This document shows positions 37,631 through 37,703 of a stretch of DNA of 37,703 nt, one piece after another. Made by a program: the position numbers and the translations under genes. Every line of letters starts with the position of its first letter. The first letter of the stretch is position 1. Below the pieces are notes generated by a model. It had not been told where the DNA came from. It worked only from the letters and a program-made list of their open reading frames with translations, and did not search any database. The stretch is from Bdellovibrionota bacterium (GTDB lineage: Bacteria > Bdellovibrionota_C > UBA2361), in NCBI GenBank assembly GCA_044352465.1, contig JBILDU010000016.1:1-37703 (forward strand). The letters are read 5' to 3'.

Positions 37631-37643
37631 AATAGCCCTATGT

Positions 37644-37703
37644 TGCCCTCTGTACCGGGGCTACTCGGGGCAGATAGAGGTATTTGGTGTGGAATGATGG
37701 GGC
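37644..37703 (+). repeat. 173-bp element copy 5 (partial, runs off window)
   Basis: Same left end; two substitutions vs copy 4 (GGAATGATGGGGC vs GGGATGATGGAGC). Confidence 0.9.

Noticed and set aside
31698..37703. The 173-bp repeats as a CRISPR array, attC sites or tRNAs
   Set aside because: Too long, with kb-scale spacing; lack RYYYAAC/GTTRRRY ends; no cloverleaf or T-loop motif.

Overview
A bacterial chromosomal window, about 60% GC on the left by eye and lower GC after ~29.6 kb. (1) 1-13.1 kb: a compact F-type-like type IV secretion core (traL-traE-traK-traB-traV, an extra lipoprotein, traC/VirB4). It continues with non-canonical genes (second TraV-like lipoprotein, PH-domain membrane protein, coiled-coil/SH3 protein, M23 peptidase) and a separately transcribed VirB2/TraA-like pilin. 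No relaxase, coupling ATPase, traWUFNHG or integrase is in view. A long divergent membrane-protein gene, missing from the ORF track, runs off the left edge. (2) 13.2-29.5 kb: ankyrin-like orphan, membrane pseudokinase, ispG, degenerate PRTase, phosphodiester glycosidase, MerR-like regulator, DUF5989-like peptide, FlhB-like protein, a RibBA with both active sites degenerate, an HD hydrolase, and a candidate sigma54-driven structured sRNA. (3) 29.6-37.7 kb: accessory region with orphan secreted proteins and five same-orientation copies of a 173-bp structured inverted-repeat element. The copies delimit unrelated cargo: a HAD phosphatase; an integron fragment (two attC sites, a TA cassette, a truncated IS3); and two Cys-rich secreted proteins. 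All family assignments come from motif recognition by eye, not database searches.
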